A DNA stretch of 64,000 nucleotides from an uncultured Actinomycetes bacterium (GCA_963708265.1 CAVPSC010000003.1:22857-86856); one strand, 5' to 3'; shown: positions 38,581 to 50,787, numbered from the stretch's first letter. Numbers and translations: made by a program. Notes: generated by a model not told the origin, from the sequence alone.

Positions 38581-39372
38581 ATGATCGTCCGCAAGAGCCC
38601 CCGCGAGATCGAGAAGATAGCCCGCGCCGGAGAGCTCGTCGCGGACACGATCGCGCACGTGGGTACGGCAATCGCGCCGGGGGTCGCGACGGGCGAGCTC
38701 GACGTGATCGCCGACCGCTTCATCCGCGAGCGCGGCGGCGTCCCGACGTCCCAGGACTACAACGGCTACCCGGCCGCGATCTGCATTTCGCCGAACGACG
38801 TCGTCGTCCACGGGATCCCGGGCCGATACGTGGTGAGCGACGGAGACCTGGTCACGATCGACGTCGGCGTCACGCTCGACGGCTACATCGCCGACAGCTC
38901 GTACACGTTCGCCGTCGGCGAGATCGCCGACGAGGCGCAGCGCCTGCTCGACGTCGCCCAGGACGCTCTCGCCGCCGGCATCGCCGAGGCACGCATCGGG
39001 AACCGTGTCGGCGATATCTCGCATGCCGTACAGACGGTCGTCGAGGCGGGCGGCTTCTCGGTCGTCCGGAGCCTGGTCGGCCACGGGGTAGGACGGAGGT
39101 ACCACGAGGAGCCGCACATCCCCAACTTCGGCGAGCCCGGCCGGGGGCCGCGCCTCTCCGAGGGGATGACGATCGCGATCGAGCCGATGATCACGATCGG
39201 CAGCCCCGAGGTCTCGCTCGGCGACGATGGCTGGACGATCACGACCGTCGACGGATCGCTCTCCGCGCACTTCGAGCACACCGTCGCGATCGCCGACGAG
39301 GGGCCGCGCATCCTCACGCCCCGCGTCGGTGTCCCCGCGACCGGCGTCAACGCAGGAGCCGTGAACCCATGA
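38581..39372 (+). CDS. map: Methionine aminopeptidase type I
   Basis: In-frame ATG 38581 of track ORF 38389..39372. VHGIP...DVGVTLDGYIADSSYTF...HGVGRRYHEEP. Confidence 0.95.
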   Translation: MIVRKSPREIEKIARAGELVADTIAHVGTAIAPGVATGELDVIADRFIRERGGVPTSQDYNGYPAAICISPNDVVVHGIPGRYVVSDGDLVTIDVGVTLDGYIADSSYTFAVGEIADEAQRLLDVAQDALAAGIAEARIGNRVGDISHAVQTVVEAGGFSVVRSLVGHGVGRRYHEEPHIPNFGEPGRGPRLSEGMTIAIEPMITIGSPEVSLGDDGWTITTVDGSLSAHFEHTVAIADEGPRILTPRVGVPATGVNAGAVNP

Positions 39373-39483
39373 CCGGTCGGTGCGTGAAGGGTCGAGCGTG
39401 AGCGGCGGTCGCGGTCGCGCTTCAGGGGTCTGCGCGCGACGGGAACCCTCGCCCGGAATGCCGTCTGCGCCAAAAAGGCCCTG

Positions 39484-39492
39484 TGGTAGGAT
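39484..39492 (+). promoter_or_regulatory. Candidate extended -10 promoter (TGGTAGGAT) for the rpmJ-rpsMKD-rpoA-rplQ block
   Basis: TGnTAnnnT in the 252-nt map-rpmJ spacer, 133 nt upstream of the rpmJ ATG. Confidence 0.3.
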
Positions 39493-39624
39493 GACCGGCC
39501 GCGGTGCGGCGGAAGGTTACCGCGCCGCCACACTCGAGAGGAAAGCCCGCGACCGTCAGGTTCTGGCTCTCCTCGTCGAGGCGGTCCGGACGAACGACGT
39601 TCCGAACGAGGTAGCGAGGAGCCG

Positions 39625-39738
39625 ATGAAGGTACGCCCGTCAGTCAAGCCCATGTGCGAGCGCTGTCGCGTCATCAAGCGCCACGGCCGCACCATCGTCA
39701 TCTGCTCGAATCCCCGCCACAAGCAGAGGCAGGGCTAG
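39625..39738 (+). CDS. rpmJ: 50S ribosomal protein L36 (zinc form)
   Basis: Below the ORF-track cut-off. [37 protein letters not shown] (37 aa). SD GAGGAG. Confidence 0.93.
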   Translation: MKVRPSVKPMCERCRVIKRHGRTIVICSNPRHKQRQG

Positions 39739-39741
39739 GCA

Positions 39742-40119
39742 ATGGCGCGCATCGCCGGAGTGAACCTCCCGACCCAGAAGCGGCTCGAGATCGGGCTCAC
39801 GTACATCTTCGGAATCGGCCAGTCGACCGCTCGGAAGATCTGCAAGGAGCTCGAGCTGGATCCCGACGAGAAGGTTCGCGACCTCACGGACGAGGAGGTC
39901 ACCAAGCTCCGCAACTACATCGACTCCGACCTCGAGGTCGAAGGCGACCTCCGCCGCGACCGGGCGCAGGCGATCAAGCGCCTGACCGAGATCGGCGCGT
40001 ATCGCGGGATCCGTCACCGCCGCGGTCTCCCGGTTCGCGGCCAGCGGACGAAGACGAACGGGCGCACCCGCAAAGGTCCCAAGAAGACCGTTGGGCGTGG
40101 CAAGAAGGCCGCCAAGTAA
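39742..40119 (+). CDS. rpsM: 30S ribosomal protein S13
   Basis: 125 aa. [26 protein letters not shown]. Confidence 0.97.
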   Translation: MARIAGVNLPTQKRLEIGLTYIFGIGQSTARKICKELELDPDEKVRDLTDEEVTKLRNYIDSDLEVEGDLRRDRAQAIKRLTEIGAYRGIRHRRGLPVRGQRTKTNGRTRKGPKKTVGRGKKAAK

Positions 40120-40523
40120 TGGCACCTCCTCGCAGGTCCGCCGCCCGCGGCCGCACACGCCGCCGGGTGAAGAAGAACATCGCCATCGGCCAGGCGCACA
40201 TCAAGACGTCCTTCAATAACACGATCGTGACGCTCACCGATCGCGAGGGAAACGTCATCGTCTGGGAGTCCGCCGGCTCGGCCGGGTTCAAGGGCTCCCG
40301 CAAGTCGACGCCCTTCGCCGCCCAGGTCACGGCCGACAGCGCTGCCCGGAAGGGCATGGAGCACGGGCTGCAGAAGGTCGAGGTCTTCGTCAAGGGGCCC
40401 GGCTCGGGACGCGAGACCGCCATTCGCTCGCTCCAGGCCGCGGGCCTCGAGATCCTCGGCGTGAAGGACGTCACGCCCCAGGCGCACAACGGGGTCCGGC
40501 AAAGGAAGCGGAGAAGGGTTTGA
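40119..40523 (+). CDS. rpsK: 30S ribosomal protein S11
   Basis: In-frame ATG 40119 (TAATG overlap). [18 protein letters not shown]. Confidence 0.96.
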   Translation: MAPPRRSAARGRTRRRVKKNIAIGQAHIKTSFNNTIVTLTDREGNVIVWESAGSAGFKGSRKSTPFAAQVTADSAARKGMEHGLQKVEVFVKGPGSGRETAIRSLQAAGLEILGVKDVTPQAHNGVRQRKRRRV

Positions 40524-40625
40524 CCGCGATGATCTCTTGGCACGTGGCTCCCTCGCCGGACGCCGAACGGCACCTCTCGGCGCCGAACGGCGTGCGCGAG
40601 CGGCAGCGGAGGGGGGTCTAGCCGG

Positions 40626-41246
40626 ATGGCTCGCGACCTCGGACCGAAGTGCCGCGTCTGCCGGCGGGAGGGCATCAAGCTCTTCCTCAAGGGCGAGCGC
40701 TGCTTGACGGAGAAGTGCTCCGTCGAGCGGCGGAGCTACCCGCCGGGTGAGCACGGCCGCGGCCGGATCAAGCAGAGCGAGTACCTGCTCCAGCTCCGCG
40801 AGAAGCAGAAGGCGCGCCGCTACTACGGGTTGCTCGAGCGTCAGTTCCGAACGACCTACGAGAAGGCGAGCCGCCGACAGGGCGCGCCGGGGGAGAACCT
40901 CCTGCGCGCGCTCGAGACGCGTCTCGACAACGTCGTCTACAGGCTCGGCTTCGCGGGGTCACGGGCCCAGGCGAGACAGCTCGTCCGGCACGGCCACTTC
41001 CAGGTCAACGGACGCCGGGTGAACATCCCGAGTTACGGTGTCCGGCCGAACGACGTCGTCACCCTGAGGCAGGGGAGCTCGGTCGAGCAGCTCGTGCGCG
41101 ACGCCACCGATCTCACCGCATCCGTCGCTCCCTGGCTCCAGGCCGATCACGACGGCCTGACCGGGCAGATGCTCAAGTGGCCCGAGCGCGACGAGATCGA
41201 CGCGCCGGTCCAGGAATCTCTCATCGTCGAGCTCTACTCGAAGTGA
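40626..41246 (+). CDS. rpsD: 30S ribosomal protein S4 (N-terminal Cys4 zinc form)
   Basis: 206 aa. [33 protein letters not shown]. Confidence 0.96.
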   Translation: MARDLGPKCRVCRREGIKLFLKGERCLTEKCSVERRSYPPGEHGRGRIKQSEYLLQLREKQKARRYYGLLERQFRTTYEKASRRQGAPGENLLRALETRLDNVVYRLGFAGSRAQARQLVRHGHFQVNGRRVNIPSYGVRPNDVVTLRQGSSVEQLVRDATDLTASVAPWLQADHDGLTGQMLKWPERDEIDAPVQESLIVELYSK

Positions 41247-41289
41247 TGCGCCGGGCCGCGTGGCCCGAGCAGAAGGAAAGGAAGGAAAG

Positions 41290-42258
41290 TTGGCTGTTAC
41301 GACAAGCCTGATGGAGTTCCGGATTCCGAGGATCGTCCACGAGGAAGCGGACGACCACCGCGGGATCTTCGGTATCGAGCCGCTCGACCGCGGCTTCGGG
41401 CACACCTTCGGCAACTCGCTGCGGCGCGTGCTGCTGTCCTCGCTCGAGGGCGCAGCGGTGACCGCGGTGAAGATCGAGGGCGTCGCTCACGAGTTCACCA
41501 CGCTTCCGGGCGTCCGCGAGGACGTCACGGACATCATCCTCAACCTCAAGAACCTGATCGTCCGTCTCCACGGAGCGTCGCCCGAGATCGAGGTCTACAT
41601 CGCGAAGAAGGGCGCCGGTCCCGTCACCGCGGCGGACATCGAGGCTCCCGCCGACCTCGAGGTGCTGAACCCCGAGCTCGAGCTCGCGAATCTCGACGGG
41701 AAGGGCAAGCTCGAGATGACCCTGACCATCGGCCGCGGCCGCGGATACGTTCCCGCCGAGCTGAACCGTGGGCCCGAGACGACGATCGGCGTCATCCCGA
41801 TCGACTCGATCTTCTCGCCGGTCCGCCGGGTGGCGTACGAGGTCGAGGCGTCCCGCGTCGGCCAGCGGACGGACTACGACAAGCTCGTCCTCGACGTCAC
41901 GACCGACGGCTCGATCGACCCGCGCGACGCGATCGCGCAGGCGGCGGACATCCTCATCCGGCAGCTCGCGATCTTCACCGACATCGAACGGATCGAGGGC
42001 TTCGGCGAGGCGGCGGCGGAGGCCGCGGCCGAGGCGCCCGTGACGCACGGGATGGAGAACTTCCCGATCGAGGAGCTCGAGCTCGGCGTCCGGTCGTACA
42101 ACTGCCTGAAGCGGGTCGGCATCGAGACCATCGGCGATCTCACGTCGAAGTCCGAGGCGGAGCTCGTCGCGATCCCGAACTTCGGTCGCAAGTCGATCGA
42201 GGAAGTGCGGGCGGCGCTCGGGACGCACGGCCTGACGCTCAAGGGCGAGGAGCTCTAG
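41290..42258 (+). CDS. rpoA: DNA-directed RNA polymerase subunit alpha
   Basis: Frame of track ORF 41260..42258. TTG 41290 follows a strong purine SD (AGGAAGGAAAG); alternatives GTG 41260 and ATG 41311. GFGHTFGNSLRRVLLSSLEGAAV. Confidence 0.93.
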   Translation: MAVTTSLMEFRIPRIVHEEADDHRGIFGIEPLDRGFGHTFGNSLRRVLLSSLEGAAVTAVKIEGVAHEFTTLPGVREDVTDIILNLKNLIVRLHGASPEIEVYIAKKGAGPVTAADIEAPADLEVLNPELELANLDGKGKLEMTLTIGRGRGYVPAELNRGPETTIGVIPIDSIFSPVRRVAYEVEASRVGQRTDYDKLVLDVTTDGSIDPRDAIAQAADILIRQLAIFTDIERIEGFGEAAAEAAAEAPVTHGMENFPIEELELGVRSYNCLKRVGIETIGDLTSKSEAELVAIPNFGRKSIEEVRAALGTHGLTLKGEEL

Positions 42259-42268
42259 GAACCACGTC

Positions 42269-42691
42269 GTGCGGCATCAGCGAACCGGTAAGAAGCTGGG
42301 CCGCGACGCGGCTCACCGCAGAGCGCTGTACTCGAACCTCGCCGGTTCGCTGATCGAGCACGGGCGGATCGAGACGACCGTGGCGAAAGCCAAGGCGGTC
42401 AAGCCGTTCGCCGAGAAGATGATCACCCTGGGCAAGCGCGGCGACCTGCACGCACGGCGGCAGGCCCTCGCCGCGCTTCGCTCGAACGACGTCGTTCACC
42501 AGCTCTTCGCCGAGGTGGCGCCGCGCTTCGCGACGCGCCCCGGTGGCTACACGCGCATCGTCCGCATCGGCCAACGGCAGGGAGATGCGGCCGAGATGGT
42601 CTACCTCGAGTTCGTCGACCACGAGCCCGCTCCGTCGCAGTTCGCGCTCTCGCGCGCGCGCCGCGCGGAGGCGGAGCAGGCCGAGTCCTAG
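42269..42691 (+). CDS. rplQ: 50S ribosomal protein L17
   Basis: 140 aa, GTG start. MRHQRTGKKLGRDAAHRRAL. Confidence 0.96.
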   Translation: MRHQRTGKKLGRDAAHRRALYSNLAGSLIEHGRIETTVAKAKAVKPFAEKMITLGKRGDLHARRQALAALRSNDVVHQLFAEVAPRFATRPGGYTRIVRIGQRQGDAAEMVYLEFVDHEPAPSQFALSRARRAEAEQAES

Positions 42692-42724
42692 AACCGCGGT
42701 CGGCCTGCAGAGTACGCTGCCGGC

Positions 42725-43051
42725 GTGCTCACGCTGATCGCGATCCTGCTTGCGATCTTCTGGCTCCCCGAACCGTGGGGGCTCGTCGCGATCGTCGTCG
42801 CAGGCCTGATCGACATCCTCGAGGTGATCGTCTTCCGTATCTGGTCGCAGCGGAGGAAGGCTCGGGTGGGGGTGCAGATGCTCGTGGGAAAGACCGCCGT
42901 CGCGCTGGGCGCGATCGCACCTCGCGGGCAGGTTCGCGTCGACGGCGAGATCTGGGAGGCGCGGAGCGAGGCGCCCGTCGCCCGCGGCGAGGACGTCGTC
43001 GTCAGCGGGGTCGACGGTCTGACGCTGCTCGTGGCGCTTGCGCCGGAGTGA
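42725..43051 (+). CDS. NfeD-family membrane protein (OB-fold C-terminus)
   Basis: 108 aa. Two TM helices, then GKTAVALGAIAPRGQVRVDGEIWEARSEAPVARGEDVVV. Confidence 0.7.
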   Translation: MLTLIAILLAIFWLPEPWGLVAIVVAGLIDILEVIVFRIWSQRRKARVGVQMLVGKTAVALGAIAPRGQVRVDGEIWEARSEAPVARGEDVVVSGVDGLTLLVALAPE

Positions 43052-44293
43052 TCAGTCCCAGGCGACGGGTAACGATACGAGGCTGCGGAAGAGCGGGATC
43101 GGCCTCCATACGAGCTCGTCGGCGTCGATCGCGAGCCGCAGCGCAGGCAGGCGATCGAACAGGGTACGCAGGGCGACTTCTGTCTCGATCCGCGCGAGTG
43201 GCGCACCGAGGCAGTAGTGGCTCCCTCTCCCGAAGCCGACGTGTTTCAGGTCGCTGCGGGCGAGGTCGAGGGACTCGGCCTCGGCGAAGCGTGCCGGGTC
43301 GCGGTTCGCCGAGCCGAGCACGGCGACGACGAGCTCGCCGCGACGGATCGTGTGCCCGCCGAGCTCGACGTCGGTTGCCGCCCAGCGGGTCAGTGACCTC
43401 TCCACGGGGCTTTCGAAGCGAACCAGCTCCTCGATCGCGTTCGGAAGCGCCTCCGGGTCGGCGAGGACGTGCGCGAGCTCGTCGCGGCGCACGAGGAGCG
43501 TGAGCACGGAGCTCGCGATCAGGCTGACAGTCGTCTCGTGACCCGCGACGATGAGCAGGACGGCCATGCTCGAGAGCTCGTCCTCGGTCAGGGCGTCCCC
43601 CTGCTCCTCGGCCGCCACGAGCGCGCTCACGAGGTCGTCGCCAGGCTCGGCTCGACGTCGGGCGAAGAGCTCATGGAGGTAGGCGAGGAACTCCTCTACG
43701 TGGACGACGAACTGGGCCTTCGCCTCATCCGTCAGGGCGGGGCTCACGAAGGCGTTCGACCAGACTCGGAAGCGGCCGTGGTCTTCTGCAGGGATGCCGA
43801 GGAGCTCCGCGATGACCGTGATCGGGAGCGGGAAGGCGTAGTCGTCGACGAGATCCATCTCCCCGCTTCTCTCGACGCAGTCGAGGAGCTCGTCCGCAAT
43901 CTCCTGGATGCGCGGGCGGAGCTGCTCGACCATCCTCGGTGTGAACGCCTTTGTCACCAGGCGGCGCAGCCGACGGTGGTCCTCTCCGTCGAGCGCGAGC
44001 AGGTTGCGGTTGATGCGGTCGTCCTGCGGGACGACGCTCGACGCGGTCCATTCCGCGAGCTCGGCATCCGTCAGAGCAAGCGCCGGGTCGAGGACGAAGC
44101 GCTCGTCGTCGAGCAGGATCGCGACGACGTCGTCGTAGCGGGTGACGAACCAGATCGGCGTCTCGCCGTCGAGTCCCGGCTGGCAGAAGACCGGGTCGCC
44201 CTCGCGCATCCGGGCGTACGTCGCGTCCGTCGTGGCGCGGAACGTCGCGCTGTACAGGTCGTACTTCGGAGGCGCCTTCACCGGTGCGCTCAT
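43052..44293 (-). CDS. Cytochrome P450
   Basis: In-frame ATG 44293 of track ORF 43052..44377; the longer form would overlap truA. Heme loop FGRGSHYCLGAPLA, ExxR (ELVRFESP), I-helix AGHETT. Confidence 0.9.
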   Translation of the reverse strand: MSAPVKAPPKYDLYSATFRATTDATYARMREGDPVFCQPGLDGETPIWFVTRYDDVVAILLDDERFVLDPALALTDAELAEWTASSVVPQDDRINRNLLALDGEDHRRLRRLVTKAFTPRMVEQLRPRIQEIADELLDCVERSGEMDLVDDYAFPLPITVIAELLGIPAEDHGRFRVWSNAFVSPALTDEAKAQFVVHVEEFLAYLHELFARRRAEPGDDLVSALVAAEEQGDALTEDELSSMAVLLIVAGHETTVSLIASSVLTLLVRRDELAHVLADPEALPNAIEELVRFESPVERSLTRWAATDVELGGHTIRRGELVVAVLGSANRDPARFAEAESLDLARSDLKHVGFGRGSHYCLGAPLARIETEVALRTLFDRLPALRLAIDADELVWRPIPLFRSLVSLPVAWD

Positions 44294-44322
44294 GATGTCA
44301 GGCTCGTCCCGGTGGTCGCCGC

Positions 44323-45048
44323 GTGAGGCTGAAGCTGACGCTCGAATACGACGGCACCGGCTTTCGCGGCTGGGCACGCCAGCCAGGGCTCCGCACCGTC
44401 GAGGAGTCGGTGCGGGCCGCGCTCGATGCGACCTTTCCGTCGTGGTCGGGGCTCGCGGTTGCGGGCAGGACGGACGCCGGCGTCCATGCGACGGGTCAGG
44501 TCGCGAGCATCGACGCCGACGGCGGGCCGCCGCCGGAGAGCGCGGCGGAGGCGCTGAACGCCGTGCTCCCGGAGGACGCGGCCGTTCTGGACGTCGAGGC
44601 CGAGGAGGAGGACTTCCACGCTCGCTTCTCGGCGCTCTCGCGGTCGTATCGCTACCGCGTGCTGACGCGGCGCTCCCACTCGCCGCTCCATGCCCGACGC
44701 GCGCTCTGGTGGCCCCGCGCCGTCGACGTCGACGCTCTGGCCGCGGCGGCGGCGCTCCTTCCGGGTGAGCACGACTTCCGAGCGTTCACGCCGACCGAGA
44801 CGCAACACCACGCGTTCCACCGCAACGTGCGGGAGGCAGCGTGGGTGTCCGACGGCGACGCCCTCGATTTCGTGATCACAGCCGACAGCTTCCTGCGACA
44901 CATGGTGCGGACGCTCGCCGGCACGATGCTCGAGCTCGGGCCGGACGCTCCGGGGCGAATCGAGGAGCTCCTCGAGGGCCGCTCACGCGACGAGGCGGGG
45001 CTGACGGCGCCGCCGTGGGGCCTCTATCTCGAGCGGGTGGAGTACTGA
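44323..45048 (+). CDS. truA: tRNA pseudouridine(38-40) synthase
   Basis: 241 aa, GTG start. [18 protein letters not shown]...GRTDAGVHA. Confidence 0.93.
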   Translation: MRLKLTLEYDGTGFRGWARQPGLRTVEESVRAALDATFPSWSGLAVAGRTDAGVHATGQVASIDADGGPPPESAAEALNAVLPEDAAVLDVEAEEEDFHARFSALSRSYRYRVLTRRSHSPLHARRALWWPRAVDVDALAAAAALLPGEHDFRAFTPTETQHHAFHRNVREAAWVSDGDALDFVITADSFLRHMVRTLAGTMLELGPDAPGRIEELLEGRSRDEAGLTAPPWGLYLERVEY

Positions 45049-45068
45049 CACCAGGCTACGATCGCGCG

Positions 45069-47712
<2,644 letters not shown>

Positions 47713-47717
47713 CCGCC

Positions 47718-48935
47718 TCAGCGGCGGGCGAGCACGGTCACGAAGCGGTCCTGCGCGACCCGTGCCGACCAGTAGTCGACCGGCGAGCCATTCTGCAGGA
47801 TCGCGAAGACGTACTTCTCGCCGACGAAGCCGGCGAGGGCGCAGGCCTCGTTCGTCGTCCCCGTCTTCGCCCGCACGCGGCCGCGGGTCGGCCGCTTCAC
47901 GAGGCGGTGCTGGAGCGTCCCGGACACACCCGCGACCGAGAGGGAGGAGACGAAGTCGTCCCGGATCGCGGGATCGGTCGATCCGCTCTCGAGGATGGCG
48001 ACGAGCGCGCGGACGGTGAGCCGGTCGCGGAGCGAGAGGCCGGACGCGTCGGCGAGCCGCACTCCATCCAGGGGGACGCCGGCCTCGACGAGGGCGGCGC
48101 GGACGACGTGCCGCCCCGCAGCCGTCGAGCCGCGCCCCGTCATCGTCGCTCCGAGCTCCTTGAGCAGCATCTCCGCCACGAAGTTGTCGCTCTCGTGGTT
48201 CATCTCGCGGACGACGGCGGAGAGCGGCGCGGAGCGGTGGTACGCGAGCGGAAGTGCGTCGAGCGGCGCTCGGCCTCTCCCGGCGACGCCGGTCACCGCG
48301 ACGCCTCGGCGGATCAGGGCGTTCCGAAACGCCTGAGCGGCCGCGAAGTCGGAGCTGTTCGTGGTCCGGAGCGTCACGCCGTGGACCGAGAGAGCCGACA
48401 GGGGCGCCGACTCGATCCCGACGAAGGAGGGCTTCCAGCCCGGCCCGCCGCGCTCGGTGTCGAAGCGGTGCTCGTCGCCGAGGACGCGTCCGTCGACTCG
48501 GGTGATGCCACGAGCGGCGATCTTGTGGGCGAGCGCGTCGACATCCCGGACGTCGAGCGTGGGATCGCCGCTCCCGACGAGGAAGAGGTTGCCCTCCCAG
48601 ACATGGCCGACTGCCCGTCCTCTTCCGGCGACCTGCGTTCGGAAGCGGTAGGACGGCCCGAGGTCGCGGAGAGCGGCGAGCGTGACCGCGAGCTTCTCCG
48701 ACGACGCCGGCGCGAGCGCGAGCGCGTCATTCTGGCCGTACACGACCTCGCCGGAACCGAGGTCGACGGCGAGCGCCGCCGTCCTCGTCGAGTCGACATC
48801 CTTGGCAGCGAGCGCGTGCCGGAGCGACGTTGAGAGGGCGACGGAGGGCTGGACCGCACGCGACGAGGGCGTGAAGGCGGCGAGCACCGCGCAAGCGCAG
48901 ATGAGCGATCCTGCGATCGATCTCAGGGCGAGCAC
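47718..48935 (-). CDS. dacB: D-alanyl-D-alanine carboxypeptidase/endopeptidase (PBP4, peptidase S13)
   Basis: 405 aa. Signal peptide, SxxK (ASSEKL), SDN-like HESDN, KTGT (KTGTTNE). Confidence 0.85.
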   Translation of the reverse strand: MLALRSIAGSLICACAVLAAFTPSSRAVQPSVALSTSLRHALAAKDVDSTRTAALAVDLGSGEVVYGQNDALALAPASSEKLAVTLAALRDLGPSYRFRTQVAGRGRAVGHVWEGNLFLVGSGDPTLDVRDVDALAHKIAARGITRVDGRVLGDEHRFDTERGGPGWKPSFVGIESAPLSALSVHGVTLRTTNSSDFAAAQAFRNALIRRGVAVTGVAGRGRAPLDALPLAYHRSAPLSAVVREMNHESDNFVAEMLLKELGATMTGRGSTAAGRHVVRAALVEAGVPLDGVRLADASGLSLRDRLTVRALVAILESGSTDPAIRDDFVSSLSVAGVSGTLQHRLVKRPTRGRVRAKTGTTNEACALAGFVGEKYVFAILQNGSPVDYWSARVAQDRFVTVLARR

Positions 48936-48977
48936 CCGAGAAATGTAGGCGGGGCGCCGGAGGCCGAGCGCGACGGG

Positions 48978-49373
48978 CTAGCCGTAGACGGTGATCGTCA
49001 CCGAGCGGCGGCCCCACTTGCGGGCCGCCTGGTCCGTCGGCATCCAGAGGTCGATGATCGGGCCTTTGATGGCGGTGCCGACGTCGGCTGCGACCGACTG
49101 GCCGTACCCCGGGACGTGCATATGCGTACCGAGGGGAATGAGGCTCGGGTCGACGGCCACGACGCCCTTGCGCACGGGCATGCCGAGCGCAGTTCGTCCC
49201 GGCAGGTGGTAGGCGACGGCGTCGACCCGCAGACGATACGCGCGCGAGTGGAAGGAGAAACCACCGCTCGCGCCGGCGGCCGGGCCCGTGTCCACGACGC
49301 CCGCGAGGAGGGCGACGACTATCGAGAGGACCGCAGCAAGAAGCAGCCCCCACCTTCGTGTTCCCCTGACCAC
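48978..49373 (-). CDS. Secreted 3D-domain (MltA/RlpA-like fold) protein
   Basis: 131 aa. Signal/TM, then VVAVDPSLIPLGTHMHVPGYGQSVAADVGTAIKGPIIDLW. Confidence 0.75.
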   Translation of the reverse strand: MVRGTRRWGLLLAAVLSIVVALLAGVVDTGPAAGASGGFSFHSRAYRLRVDAVAYHLPGRTALGMPVRKGVVAVDPSLIPLGTHMHVPGYGQSVAADVGTAIKGPIIDLWMPTDQAARKWGRRSVTITVYG

Positions 49374-49491
49374 GAGGCGAGGACCCTAACACAGGTCCGG
49401 ATTGTGATGGTTGCGAAACTGCCTCTTTGCAGAGATTTCGGCTCGGTTGTCGGTTGCAGGTGTCCGTCGGGGTTGCTAGGCTCCCCGACTT

Positions 49492-50673
49492 GTGACGGGC
49501 CAGACCGCCACCGGCGGGTCTGTTCGGAGTCGAAGTCGGGTGCGTTCGAGGGGCTCGATAGCCGGATGGACGCCGATTGCAGTCGTCGTTGCAGTGGCAG
49601 CGGGGCTGCTGCTTGCCTCGGGATCGGCTTCGGCCGACAACACGATCTCGTCCAAGCGCGCCCAGGCAGAGGCGATCATGGCCCAGGTCCAGCAACTCGG
49701 GGTGCAAGTCGATCAGGCGTCCAATGCCTATGCGGCCGCGAACGTCCAGCTCGCGAAGATCGATACCGACCTGCAGTCCAACGAGCGCAACCTCGTCGCA
49801 GCTCGGAAGAGCCTCGGCGTCGCGCAGGGCGCGATCGCGGGGCGCCTCCGCGACCTGTACGTCAACGGGAACGGAGACTCGACGCTCGAGGTCCTGCTCG
49901 GCTCGGAGAGCCTCGACGACATCATCACGAGACTCGATGCCATCAACCGCGTGTCGAACCAGGATGCGAAGGTGCTGACCGCGGTCAAGAGGTACCGCAA
50001 GGAGGTCGAGACCCGGCGCGCCAACCTCCAGGACGCGCGCACGACTCAGGCGCAGGTCGTCGCGGAGCGTGCCGCGCAGAAGCGCTCGATCGAGAATCAG
50101 GTCGCCGAGCAGCAGCAGCTGCTCGCGTCCGTGAAGGACGAGATCGTCAAGCTCCAGGCGGAGGAGCAGCAGCGCCAGGCAGAGCTCGCGGCCCAGGCAC
50201 GGGAGCGGCTCCAGGCTCAGCAGGCTGCGGCGGCTGCCGCGCAGCAGGCCGCGGTGACGCAGTCGGTCACGCCCGACTACGTCCCCGACCCGGTGTACGA
50301 CCCGAACCTTCCGCCCGCCCACTACACGGGTGCGGTCGCGATCGCGCTCCAGTACCTCGGCATCCCGTACGTGTGGGGCGGCGCAAGCCCAGCGACGGGC
50401 TTCGACTGCTCCGGGTTCGTGATGTTCGTGTACGCGCAGCTCGGCGTCTCGCTGCCCCACAATGCCGCTGCGCAGTACGGCTACGGCACACCGGTGCCGC
50501 GCGACCAGCTCCAGCCCGGCGACCTCGTCTTCTTCGACGGGCTCGGCCACGTCGGCCTGTACATCGGCAACGGCCAGTTCATCCACGCCCCACACACGGG
50601 CGACGTCGTCAAGATCTCGAGCCTCAGCGACTCCTGGTACGCCGCCACGTACGTCGGCGCCCGGCGCATCTAG
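49492..50673 (+). CDS. NlpC/P60 peptidoglycan endopeptidase with N-terminal coiled coil (RipA-like)
   Basis: 393 aa. Signal peptide and a long Q/A/E coiled coil. Catalytic region GIPYVWGGASPATGFDCSGFV...GHVGLYIGNGQFIHAP. Confidence 0.88.
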   Translation: MTGQTATGGSVRSRSRVRSRGSIAGWTPIAVVVAVAAGLLLASGSASADNTISSKRAQAEAIMAQVQQLGVQVDQASNAYAAANVQLAKIDTDLQSNERNLVAARKSLGVAQGAIAGRLRDLYVNGNGDSTLEVLLGSESLDDIITRLDAINRVSNQDAKVLTAVKRYRKEVETRRANLQDARTTQAQVVAERAAQKRSIENQVAEQQQLLASVKDEIVKLQAEEQQRQAELAAQARERLQAQQAAAAAAQQAAVTQSVTPDYVPDPVYDPNLPPAHYTGAVAIALQYLGIPYVWGGASPATGFDCSGFVMFVYAQLGVSLPHNAAAQYGYGTPVPRDQLQPGDLVFFDGLGHVGLYIGNGQFIHAPHTGDVVKISSLSDSWYAATYVGARRI

Positions 50674-50748
50674 CGCCGCGGGCCAACCCTCGAGGGACGA
50701 TCGCAGCGACAAGGCCGCGGCAGCGGCCGCCTTCAGGGATGTTCGCGC

Positions 50749-50780
50749 GCTCGGAATCCGCGTCTCAGCGGATCCCGAGC
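50749..50780. terminator. Imperfect 13-bp palindromic hairpin between convergent P60 and fadD genes
   Basis: GCTCGGAATCCGC-gtctca-GCGGATCCCGAGC with one mismatch. The core resembles the hairpin after tRNA-Pro. Confidence 0.4.
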
Positions 50781-50787
50781 TTGCGCA

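Noticed and set aside
39380-39628. 82-aa ORF in the map-rpmJ spacer, considered as a divergent infA or a novel small gene.
   Set aside because: It shows no resemblance to IF-1 (no S1/OB motif) and has an Arg/Gly-rich sequence. Its end overlaps the rpmJ start by 4 nt. The region is better explained as promoter and leader.
43052-44293. Cytochrome P450 inserted between rplQ/NfeD and truA, considered as a sign of a horizontally acquired cassette.
   Set aside because: It is a single gene with the same GC and codon style as its neighbours. No flanking repeats or mobility genes are present.
49374-49491. c-di-AMP (ydaO) riboswitch upstream of the NlpC/P60 gene, as seen before actinobacterial cell-wall hydrolases.
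   Set aside because: The conserved blocks I remember (GGGGUGAAUC-, CCCGAAUCC- and ACCUCGUAAGCG-like) are absent. Only short generic hairpins are present, and this should still be confirmed with cmsearch.
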